A stretch of DNA of 64,000 bases from Octopus vulgaris (GCA_951406725.2 OX597837.1:42532001-42596000), one strand, 5' to 3'. Shown: positions 51,413 through 63,789, numbered from the stretch's first letter. Notes: generated from the letters alone by a model not told the origin. Made by a program: numbers and translations.

Positions 51413-52239
51413 ATCACGTGCAGGATAAATAAAAGACTTATCCTTACTACTACTACTACTAGTATCACTGTTGCTATAGCTGTGAAGTCATTGTACAGTT
51501 CTCAACCACCGACTACATGCTTAAGTGCGCTATTAGATTAGAGAAAGTATTTAAAATGTAAGGAGTCTATGAATCTAGCATATAGAATGACACACTGCTT
51601 GCACTCACAGTGATTTCGTTTCTACTACAGAAAATCCGTCTAAATCTATCTTGCATATTAAAACAAACTAGGTTATTCCTGCTATGTCTTGACAGACAAA
51701 CATTTCAAACACATTAAAACTAATCCTGTCAAAGTGACTTGTTCTTCTCAAACAGTCTCGGAACAATCCCATTTCTTTAGCTCTGATCAAAAACAATAAC
51801 TATTACATGTGGATTTTTGCGGAAGACTTGTCGTTATGGAGATGACAAGCGGATAACTGCAATTTTTTAATAACGATTTTCCATAAATAAAATTCACTAA
51901 CATGGTTTCAACACAATCAAATCAGCCATCACTAGATCAGCAATTCTAATAAAACTATTTAAATTCCTGGATAAAAAAGCAAAACATGCAGAATAGATAT
52001 CTGAGATGAGAACAAGGTCGACTAACATCATCCACCACGATATCAATATTACGATTAATGGAAATCTTTTGTAAATCCATACTCTTTATTTCAAGATTTA
52101 ATGAATATTCCAGTTGTCTTGCCTCTGGCCATTCTAAACAGTAATCTGGTTCTTGTTCTTACTCGTCAACAACTCCATTTATCATCTTATTTTGTATTTT
52201 GTAAAATAAAGTCCAACGTGTATGTATATACGTAGAAGT

Positions 52240-52381
52240 GTCTATATGTGTGTGCATGCATGTATATCTCTTTCTCTCTCTCTCTCTCAATCATCATCAG
52301 GTTAACATACCTGGAGCCTTAACCTGATGATGATGATTGGGAGAGAAAGAGAGGCATGCACACATATATATACATATAGAC
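52240..52381. repeat. ~140-nt fold-back with a perfect 15-bp inner stem and 13-nt loop
   Basis: TCATCATCAGGTTAA (52291-52305) pairs with TTAACCTGATGATGA (52319-52333). The stem extends through (CT)/(GA), GTGTGCATGC/GCATGCACAC and GTCTATATG/CATATAGAC. Confidence 0.9.
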
Positions 52382-52384
52382 AAT

Positions 52385-52426
<42 letters not shown>

Positions 52427-53976
52427 ACAGACAGACTGAGAGACAGAGAATGCATGTACACACACACACATAAACACACACACACACACACACATAGTGC
52501 TAAAATTCACCATTTGATTCCTGATTAAAATATAGAAAAAATTTTATAAAATTTTACACAGATATCACTGATATTACATCATATAAGAACAGTAACAATA
52601 AGCTGATAAAAAAAAATATGACTATTTCTTATAAGTTCTTCTTTAAAAAGAAAATTACACACACTTGCACACAAAACATTTCTAACATCCAATTAAGTAA
52701 GAGATACATAACACAAATTTCAGTTAAAATGTAAATAAGCTAGACAATGTAAACAAGATAAGCAAATTTCCATAAGGTGGATCAAAGTAGTTGAAACTGT
52801 CAGATAGATTCATGTAAATACAAGTTAATTTCACATTTCACAGGAAATAAATTTTCCGAAAAAAAAAAATTTTTTTTTTTTCTTTCTTTGAAATACTTTT
52901 TCAAACTTGTATAGGTAAAAAAAAAAAAAAGAAAATAATAATTTTCTGGAAATTTAAATATTTGCATTTGAATTACTGAACCAAGAATAAGCATCAGAGA
53001 GTAATGAGAACCGTTTATCAATGCAGAATATAGCGGAATAATAAAAAAAAATTTTTAAATAAATAAATGAATAAAATTTTAAAAAATTAAAGAAGATCAA
53101 ATATATTTCTCTATAGTCTGCATGTTAAGTTGCTTGGTTTCATTATTTTTTCCAATGTCATACATGTATGAAATGCTTCAAGTAAACTACAAATATTTTA
53201 ACAGATGAATACCCATACTTAACGCTAAATACTCAATCATGAGCAAACAGAGGGGTGATAGGTTAATGCAAATAATTATCTCCTGAGGCAAAGCAAACTT
53301 ATAAACTTGCACCACACAGCAGCAACTATACAAGCAGATGAGGAAGCCTATGTAGTTGTCTAACTCCAGGCCAGCTCTGACTGACCTAACCTATATAATC
53401 AATGCCATTCTAGCCATGACCATCTTGTTCTCACAATATCTAGTGCCATATTACCCAAAGTATCTTTTTATATTTTTGAAGAGAGTAATGTTTGATCCAA
53501 GGGTGATTTAGCTGATATATTTGACAGTATAAGCAATACACATGTCCACTATGTGGCTGCTCAAGCTGTGAGAAATAGCAACCAAATATACCTCAAATTC
53601 CATGCTCCTATCAAACAAAAGTATCCTTCCATGTTTTGAAAGAAGGCAAAGCTTGATTTGAGTGTACTTTGGCTGCTATATTTTGTAGGGTGAGTAACAA
53701 TGTGAAGCCCAAGCCGCAACAAATAGCAGTCAAATCTGCTTCAAATCAGTATGCTACTGTCATACAAAAAAAGACAAACAAGTCCCTACTATACAAAGAA
53801 ACCATGTTACAGCTGAAACATATTTGACCACAGCCCTGCTCAATCAGACTTAATTGGGAGCAAAAACAACAACATATAGCCTTTACAAAATCCTTAATGT
53901 TAGCATGGTGTTAAATTATTTTGAGGTGGATAATGAAGGTGATGCAAAACTGGTACCATTATAATTGAAGAGACTG

Positions 53977-54400
53977 AGGCAGCAAGCTGGCAGAACTGAT
54001 AGAACATTGGACAAAATGCTTGGAGGTGTTTCTTCCGACTTATTACACTCTGAGTTCAAAATTCATTGAGGTCACCGTAGCTTTTCTTTCTTTCAGAGAT
54101 CAATAAAACAGATACCTATTTCTTTATTGCCCACAGGGGGCTAAACACAGAAGGGACAAACAAGGGTAGACAAATGGATTAAGTCGATTATATCGACCCC
54201 AGTGCGTAACTGGTACTTATTTAATCGACCCTGAAAGGATGAAAGGCAAAGTCGACCTCGGCGGAATTTGAACTCAGAACATAGTAGCAGACGAAATACC
54301 GCTTAGCATTTCGCCCGGCGTGCTAACGTTTCTGCCAGCTCGCCGCCTTAAAACGGATACCAATTGAGCACAGGAGTCAATGTAATCAGTTAAAACCCTG
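53977..54400. mobile_element. Young family B SINE (54117-54348, minus) nested in an older plus-strand relative, 13-bp TSD
   Basis: TAAAACAGATACC (54104-54116) and TAAAACGGATACC (54349-54361). Confidence 0.9.
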
Positions 54401-54905
54401 TCTCCCACCAACAAAAAAAAAAAAAAGAAAAAAATTTTTTTAATAACAGGTCTTGGAACAAAATTTGAACCCATTTTAACTGCAGCTATTGCTGCTTCTA
54501 ATCTTGTGTGTATGTTTTTTCTTTGTTCTGCTTTTTATGTTAGTGTTGGAACTGATACACAAACACATATACATTCCAGGGGTTACAGGTTCAAAGACAC
54601 TCTGTTCACCCCATTTAGAACAAAGAACTTGAATATTATGTCATATATATATATGCATGTATATGTATGTATGTGTATGTATTTATGGCTAACTGAAGCA
54701 ATTTTGCTACTTGACTTACATTACAAATGCTGTTTGGGAAGACAAAAATATCGCAATTTCCAACTGTCCTTTCATAAAACACTGAGGTGGCTTCTTGACA
54801 TTTTATTAATTATTAAACTTTGTTGCTTTTACTCACATTGCTGTAAATAAGTATATGGAAAGGGTAAAGTTCCTGTATAAAGACTAAGTTGTATGTCCAA
54901 CATTG

Positions 54906-54907
<2 letters not shown>

Positions 54908-54993
<86 letters not shown>

Positions 54994-55023
54994 TGTGTGT
55001 GTGTGTGTGTGTGTGTGTCTGTG

Positions 55024-55054
<31 letters not shown>

Positions 55055-55056
55055 CT

Positions 55057-55096
<40 letters not shown>
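54908..55096 (+). repeat. (TG)n microsatellite
   Basis: Direct reading. Confidence 0.97.
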
Positions 55097-55099
<3 letters not shown>

Positions 55100-55376
55100 C
55101 AGGCATAGGCTCAAGTTCCTGTAAGCAGTCTATGAAACACACAGCGAATGAAACACATATATGTGACGTGTAGCAAATTAAAAAGAGAACTTGTATGTGG
55201 TTATTAAGCAATTAAATTTCTCATCCTTACTACCTTACAAAGGAATACATTAGGCAATTTAGTCTTAGACATACTATGTCTGAATAGAAGACTAGAAACA
55301 ATAGCCAAATCCTTCTCAAAATCACATAATATTGCCTTAGAATAGAGAAAGAGGGAGATATTGGATTATGAAGTCA

Positions 55377-55871
55377 CTAGCAGTATCGCCCGGCGTTGCT
55401 CGGGTTTGTAAGGGAAATAACTATATAAGCATTTTTAGAGAGTTACTTCCCTTATAGATGCCAATTCGGGCTTTCTTAGCCATTTCTGTTTTGGTGTCTT
55501 CAAGCCATGAAGTTGTTGTTCTAAAAGAACGCTGGTCTCCTTGACAACGCTTTACAACGTTGATTTCCTTACACTCCCTTCCCCACAGCTTCACGAGGGA
55601 GGGAAGAACGGGGAGAAGCAAACAGGTGCAGGTGTGACCATGGACGCCAACTCCGCCGCCATCGACACACGAAAAATTATGCATTAAAATGGAATAAAAA
55701 ATGATGTTAAATTATTTTTAAAATCGTAGACGCGCACTAATATTCAGACGGGCTCGATATGAATCACGACTATAAGAATTTGGTTAAACTGCACCGCAAA
55801 ATGTGGGAGTAGTTAGGAATCTAAATCGAAGGGGACAGACACTCACACAACTACAGTTTTATATATATAGA
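55377..55871 (-). mobile_element. Complete non-autonomous Helitron
   Basis: Minus strand A|TCTATATATATAAAAC … CCCGAGCAACGCCGGG hairpin … CTAG|T. It has a 5' TC, a 3' CTAG, a subterminal hairpin, A/T insertion and no TSD. Confidence 0.92.
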
Positions 55872-56338
55872 TATCTGATTACGAATGAAAATAAGAAGGG
55901 ATGGCAACAGCTGGAAAAGGGCTGACCTATGGATATATAACAAATCATAAATCAGGTGTAACAATATTTATTCATTTTTCATAAACAAAACATCAAGACT
56001 GAATGATTAATTGCTAATTTGAAATAGTATTTGACAAGAAGACATTCAGCCTTCATTAAATTTTAAATTATATTTAGTATGCATATGCTCAGGAGTCATT
56101 AAGAGCACACTCAGCTGCTATAAAAATTCCTTCCCTGCCAAAATATATGTGTCAACTCTCTCTTCCTCTCTTGAGTTATCACAATGTTAATTCTACTTTA
56201 TGATACCTAACTACTAAGATGATGCACCTGTTGTTCTGTGCCTCTATTGGCCCCAATATATCGCAGGCTGTCACCATCGCAGTGAAACCGACAGCTACAT
56301 TAAAATTCTATCTGACAACTAAATTAAATAGATACCAC

Positions 56339-56370
<32 letters not shown>

Positions 56371-56847
56371 CCTCAAGAGAAGAAATGCTAATAATATATG
56401 AGTGACTGATTGAACTGTAATTATTGAATATAATTTATGAAATGGGGTCAAGTTGACAGGTGACAAGTGAAAGCAAACTTAATAAAAATGGATGTGATCT
56501 TTGACTTCGACCAATTACAGCTGCCAACAAGACTGGCGTCGGTAAGTAAATTGATTATTAGCATGAGTAAAATTTCAATGAATCAACATAAACGAAAGAG
56601 AATTTGTTAATAATTTTTAGAATAGGAAAACTAATGTTACTTCGCATTTCCTACATATACCTCAAATGTTTATACAGAGTTTATATGAAATAATGGCAGT
56701 GAAGGTGTTAGACCTCGACTAGCCAGATGTTATGTAGAAGGGCAATATAAGTTATTTTTTAATTATACAAATAAAATCATTCAGTAATTACAAGTTCAAT
56801 GGTATTGTATCTTTGACCCCAAATCTAAGAGTGTAATATTGGTTCAA

Positions 56848-57692
56848 CCCTTTAGCATTCGGATTATTCTGTCAAATGTAATGCTTTTTTTCTTTTTTAA
56901 TTCACACTGCATTTAATTAATCATTATCTCAGAGTTTTGACATTTTGATGATATGATTGTATGTTTTAAGAATGGTATTGAAGGGTAGTAAGGCAGCGAG
57001 CTGGCAGTAACACTAGCACGCCGGGCGAAATGCGTAGCCGTATTTCGTCTGCCATTACGTTCTGAGTTCAAATTCATCCGAGGTCGACTTTGCCTTTCAT
57101 CCTTTCGGGGTCGATAAATCAAGTACCAGTTACGCACTGGGGTCAATATAATCGACTTAATCTGTTTGTCTGTCCTTGTTTGTCCCCTCTGTGTTTAGCC
57201 CCTTGTGGGTAGTAAAGAAATAGGTATTTCGTTTGCCGCTACGATCTGAGTTCAAATTCCGCCGATGTTGACTTTGCCTTTCAACCTTTCAGGGTCAATT
57301 AAATAAGTACCAGTTACGCACTGGGGTCGATGTAATCAAATTAATCCGTTTGTTTGTCCTTGGTTGTCCCCTCTGTGTTTAGCCCCTTGTGGGTAGTAAA
57401 GAAATAGGTATTTTGTTTGCCGCTACGTTCTGAGTTCAAATTCCGCCGAGGTCGACTTTGCCTTTCATCCTTTTGGGGTCAATAAATTAAGTACCAGTTA
57501 CGCACTGGGGTCTATGCAATCGACTTAATCCATGTGTCTGTCCTCGTTTGTCCCCTCTGTGTTTAGCCCCTTGTAGGTAGTAAAGAAATAGGTATTAAAG
57601 AGTGGGTGTGATAGGCTGTATCTGGCTGGTTCGAACATAAAACTGGCAGCATATGTTTTGGGCCAGATATGGTCGGTTCAAATGCTACATGG
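56848..57692 (-). mobile_element. piggyBac-type MITE family 2 split by a family B SINE trimer
   Basis: CCCTTTAGCATTC left end, AATGCTACATGG|TTAA right end, GGCCAGATATGG unit remnant. Confidence 0.75.
56990..57592 (+). mobile_element. SINE family B trimer (one head, three 184-bp bodies)
   Basis: Bodies start at 57041, 57225 and 57409. Imperfect TSD GGTATTGAAGGGTAG (56974-56988) / GGTATTAAAGAGTGG (57591-57605). Confidence 0.93.
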
Positions 57693-58025
57693 TTAAATAT
57701 ACATGGCAGCCCATCCAACATGGACATTAATAAATGATGAAACAGTAGAATGCTGTAGTGTGGATGCTTTACTGAACCTAGTTTGATATCTTGTCATTCT
57801 AGGCTCAAATCTTATCAGGTTCAAACTTTGTTTAATACGAAATCAATTTCAGTGATAACAATAACCACACAGAAATTAACATTATCCTTCATTTAGTATC
57901 TTTATACTTGTTTCAGTTCTTGGACTGTGGCCATACTGGGGCTATGCCTTAAAGGGTTTAGTCTAACAAATTTCTTTCACTGGTTTTGTTACCTCGTTTG
58001 AAGTGCAGTTTATTTTTATATCTAA

Positions 58026-58220
58026 CCCTCAGCCAAACAGGCCATATCTGGACTCAATATTCTACCTATTCTATGTTCAAACAGGCCAGATCCAGCCTCT
58101 TAGACCTACCCTACAAAGTCATTCTAGAAATAAATAATCACATCATCGAAATCTCAAAAGTACAAGATATTGAATGATTAATTCAAAACATTGTGACAGA
58201 ATAATCGGAATGCCAAAGGG
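58026..58220 (+). mobile_element. piggyBac-type MITE family 2, short form
   Basis: About 1.5 copies of the 44-bp unit, end AATGCCAAAGGG. Absent from the paralogous segment at 59263-59430. Confidence 0.8.
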
Positions 58221-59548
58221 TTACAAAAGATTAAAAAGAATGAAAATCATCATTCTTTATTCAAAATTTTCCTTGATATAAAAACGAAGAGTAAAATATA
58301 TTAATTTATCCAAATACTCCCTATACTTATTCATTATAGCTTGGTACTAATTATATTGGTCTCTTTTGCTGAATTGCTAAGTTGCAGGGATGTAAACAAA
58401 TTCACACTAGTTCTCAAGTTGTTCAAGGCGGCAACACACACACACACAATCATACATACATGATGGGCTTCCTTACAGTTTCTACTTATGAAATTCACTC
58501 AGAAAACAGTTGAAACTTGTCCCACACTGTGGGATTGAACCTGAAACGTGATAACAAAGCAAGCTTGTTAACTTCTCAGCCATGCCTGGGCCTCAGTGCA
58601 GCGACTGATTTTTCCACACATTTACACAAAACTGCTGTAGAAAAAGGTTAATAGTATTGTGCTCTGCTCTGCCAATGTGCAAAATGCAATGAAAGATTTC
58701 AACCGATAGCTCTTAGGCACAGAATATTTATTTATGAGCTAACAATGCAAGTTATTTTTTGAAGTCCAAACTTATTTTGAGAATCAAGTGCACTGCTTCT
58801 GATGAGCAAATATAATAAATAATAAAATGAAAGCGCAAACATACAGATGATAAAAGAGACCAAAGAAGATACTTTTTTTTCCAGAAAATAAAAAAAAAAA
58901 ATAGGGAGAGTTCAAATTTTATGATAAAATTTAAAAAGTGAAAAGCAAAAAAAAAAAAAAAGAAAGGAAGAAAAGAAGAAAGCCTTGAACCACATCTAAA
59001 TTGATGCAAAGAAATCAGATAATTTTAAAGAAAAGAAATAGAAAACAAAAAAATTAGCATAAAAGCCAAATTTATTTCTTCAGAACAAGCTCATATATTA
59101 TTCTCAGTTTTAATTTCATAGTTAGAGAAATTCATTGTAATTTTCATTAGTGCTTTGTTTTTTTTCTCTCCTTTCTCTCTCTTGGCCTCCCTTTTTCTCA
59201 CCTCCCCCTCGTTCCCTACTCCCCATCAGCATCATTAAAATGTATTGTTTTCATGGAATGAGATTTCTTCCGTTGGTTTTGTTGCCTTGTTTGGAGTGCA
59301 GTTTATTTTTATATTTCAAAAAAAAAAAAAAAAAAAAAATTAAAAAAAAGAACGAAAATCATCTTCGCTCTTTATTAAAAATTTCCCTCAACGCAAAAAA
59401 TGAAGAGCGAAATATATTAATTTATCCAAAACCAAAAAGCACAAACGAACTGAGCAGGTCAAAGAAAACAACAACCAAGCAACAAATATGCAGGTTGTGC
59501 ACACGTGTATGTGTATGTGCGCATGTGCGTGTATATGTGTGTGTGTGT

Positions 59549-59739
59549 AGGTGCCGGCATGGCTATGTGGTAAGATGTTTGCTTCCCAACCACATGGTTC
59601 CAGGTTCAGTCCCACAGCATGGAACCTTGGGCAAGTGTCTTCTTTTATAGATCTGGGCTGACCAAAGCTTTGTGAGAGGATGAAGTAGGCAGAAACTGAA
59701 AGAAGCCTGTTGCATATATGTATATACATGTATATGAAT

Positions 59740-59780
<41 letters not shown>

Positions 59781-59917
59781 CGTGTGTTTGTCAACCACTA
59801 CTGTAGTTTGACCAATAGAATAAGTACCAGACTTTAAAAAAAATAAGTACTTGTGTCAAACCCTTTGAGGCAGTACTTTAGCATGACTGCAGTCCAATGA
59901 GTGAAACAAGATAAAAG
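59549..59917 (+). mobile_element. SINE family A
   Basis: ATGGCTATGTGGTAAG…GGTTCAGTCCC…ACCTTGGGCAAGTGTCTTCT…GAAACAAGATAAAAGA. Confidence 0.88.
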
Positions 59918-60229
59918 ATACACACACACAGACACACACACACAATGTATATATAGTGTATATGTGTACAAATATACATGTGTGTGTGTGAGTGTGAGTG
60001 TGTATCCTGTTGAGACTGATGCATTGCTGACCATAATTTATCCTGTCAGACATTTTGGAGTGCATCCGTTGAAACATCTGCAGAAGAATTCAAGATATAA
60101 ATGGTTTAACAACATTCCAAGAGTTTGTCTCCTTATTCAATTTTCCTATTTTCCACTAAATACTATCTCCGTTTTAAATTCTGGGACACTTAACCAACAT
60201 TTAATTACCTTGTTTTTCCTTTAAATTGT

Positions 60230-60292
<63 letters not shown>

Positions 60293-60354
60293 TCTTTTAC
60301 ATGTTTCAGCTTTGATGTTGCAGCCATGCTGGGGCACCACCAGTAGGACAATGC

Positions 60355-60426
60355 CTCCCCAGCACAGAATCGAACTTCAGTCTCCCACGTGGCAGGCAGG
60401 GATACTTACCACCATACTACCAAGGA
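60355..60426 (-). pseudogene. tRNA-Asp-derived pseudogene (anticodon reads GCC)
   Basis: TCCTTGGTAGTATGGTGGTAAGTATCCCTGCCTGCCACGTGGGAGACTGAAGTTCGATTCTGTGCTGGGGAG is 72 nt and colinear with metazoan tRNA-Asp(GTC). It shows CpG decay and a broken T-stem. Confidence 0.85.
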
Positions 60427-60522
<96 letters not shown>

Positions 60523-61001
60523 TTGCTATCATGCAAAAGTGTCATAAGCTCAAAACGTATCATTTTCAAAAAAAACGAAAAAATGGTTTCACCATTCCAT
60601 TTCTTTTTCTAGATTCGGAACAGTTTCAGCTTAACAATAATAGTTTGTTGGGTGCATAAAATCATAGCTCTATGCATGTATGAAGTTTTCAGTCAGAAAT
60701 ATTTTTGCAAAGCTGTTGTATGTGGGACTTGCTACATTTTTGAAAAATGCTAAACCGTTGTACTACACTTTGACAATTTATCTTATCTTGGCATCTGAAG
60801 CAGCTTGAGATACAAGTGTTTGACCAAAAGAACTGGTTATTCCAAGCAAAATTAAATACTGAAAAAAAAAATGCATTTGACCTAATTTGCACATATGACA
60901 GTTTAACATAATAGCAATGACATACTTATAACGATACAAATTATGTATTTTTTTAAATGTAGAATTCCTGTTAGAATAGCAGAAATACTGGCTAAATTAC
61001 C

Positions 61002-61053
<52 letters not shown>

Positions 61054-61703
61054 GATGTATGTATCTAAATATATGAGTCCATCAATCTATAATAAATATA
61101 TATTAAATCATACTACTCCATACAGCATTTTATGGGAATCTGAAATGTAAGATATACATATTTTTTTCAATATATATATATATATATACAAATTTAGTCA
61201 CTCTGTAAAAAGTAAACTAAAGTGGTTATATCTCCACAGGCAGAAATAATTATTTTTTCTAATAAAGGTCTAACAAGGCTAGAAACTAGTTAGTCTATCA
61301 CATAGTGCTTCTTTCTTTTTTTTTTGTTTGGTCCTTGGAGAGATAAAACCTGTGGAATAAACCACTGTTTATTTTTTCACAGTGACACCTAAAGCTATAA
61401 GTTCATTTCAAAAAGCTTATTTTACACATCAAAATATGTGTGAATTTATGAGTGTCAGTGTGTGTGTGTGTGTGTGTGCACGTGCGCACATGTTAACGAA
61501 GCAAACATTGTCAATCAGTCAAGGAGCTCTATGGATTCCTTAAAAGTAGAACCACACACACACTCTCTCTCTCTCTTCGTTTAAATGTTTAGATATTGCT
61601 GCTAAAAGAAAAGGGTTGAAAGGACACTAGAAGGACTTCCTGAATTAACTACTAATTATCAAAAAGAACGATGATGGGGATGGCGAACAACGTCAATGTC
61701 AAG

Positions 61704-61840
61704 GGGTCATGGCTGTGTGGTTTGCTTCACAACCACATGGTCCCAGGTTCAGTCCCACTGTATGGCACCTTGGGTAAGTGTCTTCTGGCTGATCAAAGCT
61801 TTCTCAGTGGATTTGGTAGACGGAAACTGAAAGAAACCTG

Positions 61841-61877
<37 letters not shown>

Positions 61878-61975
61878 AAGTGTGCGTGTGTGTGTATGTG
61901 TGGCTTTGTGTCTGTCCCCCAACACTGATTGACAACTGGTGTTGGTGTGTTTACATCCCCTTAACTTAGCAGTTA
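61704..61975 (+). mobile_element. SINE family A, 3'-truncated
   Basis: ATGGCTGTGTGG…GGTTCAGTCCCACTG…GGATTTGGTAGACGGAAACTGAAAGAA. Confidence 0.85.
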
Positions 61976-61977
61976 AG

Positions 61978-63540
61978 AAAACAGGTGAGGGGGCAGCAAG
62001 TGCAAATAATGAACCAGCTAAATCAGCAGTTCTCAGCTGGGATCCATTTAAGAATTTATGGGGGTCCATGCAAACAGAATAATAAACTAGAGATCCATGG
62101 TAGTATTTTAGAGGTCCATAAAAAAATTCTACTTTAGATGTATTGCAAGAAACAACCTGGTTTCTTTCTCTAGTGTTTTACATAGTTCAGCCTACACAAG
62201 TGAATGTGTGAAGAACAAAAAAGAATTTTGAAAGAAGTACCTTTAAAATTAGTTTTTCAACATCAAATGGCTATAGGGGTCCACCATTATAAAATAGTAA
62301 TCAAAAGGGTGTTTAGATATAAAAAAAAAAAAGGTCAAGAACCACTGAGCTAAATCACTCCCAGCAGAATTCCAAGCCAAAGAACAGAGAGTTGCATACT
62401 CTGAGGATTTTATTTACAATGCAAAAGAGACAGGGTTACACTGGAAGAATATGTCTTCAAGGACCTTTACTGCCATTGAAGAAAAGTCTGTATTAGGATT
62501 TAAAGCTGCCAAGGATAGACTAGCATTACTACTTGGTGGCATTGTATCAAGAGCACTGAAACTGAAGTTGATGTTGGTCTACTGCTTACAAAACAAACCG
62601 TCTTAGAAGGGTTACATAAGTTACAATTACCTGTTGATTGGAAGTTGAATGATAAGATATAGATAGGTGATATAGGAATTGCTATTTGAACCAGTACACA
62701 AACCAATTTTTGCATTGCTGTGTACACCTTCTACACTGACAATGGCTTTCTATGAAAAGAAATTTTATGTTAGACAATACTTCCAGCCATCTTCCAAATC
62801 TCGATGAATTTAAACAAAGCTTACAGTAAACATAGCTTACATGCCTTCAAGTACAACATCTATTCTGCAGTAAATGGCCCCAGGGCATAACATCTCTCAA
62901 GGTATACTACTTGTAGAAATCTTTTCAGAAAATAATGTGTTAAATAAAACTGTGGTATGAATGTAAAAGATTACTGGTTGTCATTTAATATTTTAGATGC
63001 CATCTGTTTTATTGCTAATGTCCAGAAAAAGATCACAACAGATTGCTTAAATGTAGTTCTAAGGGAAGTTCTGAGTCATTGAATGACATTGAAGAATTTG
63101 GTTTGGCAGCGGAAAGGGATGCAATCGTACAAGAAGTTTCAAAATTTGCAGAAGAGACTGGATTGGATGTAGTTATGGAAGATGACAACTCAGAATTGAT
63201 TTTTGATAAGAAAGATAAAAAGGAAAAAAAAAAAGGGCCTTTCTATTGAAGAATTAGCAGACCTGACAGAACATCTCAACACATGAAGAGAAGAGGGAAA
63301 AAAGAACAAAGATGGAATAGAGTGTGCAGTGAAGATAATAAAAAGTGACGTCCTTAAACGATTTCTTGTTAATGCTAACTCCTTGATGGAGGAATTTTGT
63401 GAAATGGACCATGACAGGAAACGATGTGATTTTTGTAAAGAGGAGTTTAAATGAAACTTTAACGCATAATTATGAAATCTTTAAAGAGAGAAAAAGAAGG
63501 GTATGACAAACAACTATGTTCAATGTTTTAAGAAGGCACA
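61978..63540 (+). pseudogene. Tigger/pogo (TIGD1-like, DDE_1) transposase pseudogene
   Basis: After removing the MITE it translates as KTGEGAASANNEPAKSLPAEF…FIYNAKETGLHWKNMSSRTFTAIEEKSVLGFKAAKDRLALLLGG…KLKLMLVY…LPVDWK…MLDNTSSH…YMPSSTTSILQ*MAPG…KDYWLSFNILDAI. This matches the Tigger motifs GEAASAD, FNxDETG, GFKAxKDRLTLLLG, LDNAPGH and PPNTTSxLQPMDQG. Multiple stops and frameshifts. Confidence 0.93.
62024..62347. mobile_element. hAT (Charlie-type) MITE with a perfect 8-bp TSD
   Basis: AGCTAAAT|CAGCAGTTCTCAGC … GGTCAAGAACCACTG|AGCTAAAT. Confidence 0.92.
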
Positions 63541-63789
63541 CCACTCTCCTTGTAACCTGTTATCAATGGATGACCCTCAACCATGCTCATTATAGCATCA
63601 TTAAAGTTATACCCTTAAATCAAAAGAGTTGTGATATAAAAACTACATAATAGAAGTCGGCTCTGAGTTAGTGGGCGCCCAACTTGTTAACAGCAGTTTT
63701 TAGTTATTCAGGTAATGATTTATAAATTTATTATTTATTTTATATATTAAAATGTCAAATTAATACTATATTCATTAGTAAAAGAAAAC

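Noticed and set aside
57224-57407. Family B body starts GT, ends AG and contains a pyrimidine tract, suggesting an introner
   Set aside because: No copy interrupts a recognisable exon, the elements have Pol III-type heads and variable-length TSDs, and GTATTT is a weak donor.
63043-63249. Acidic ORF as an independent gene
   Set aside because: It is a C-terminal piece of the disrupted Tigger transposase.
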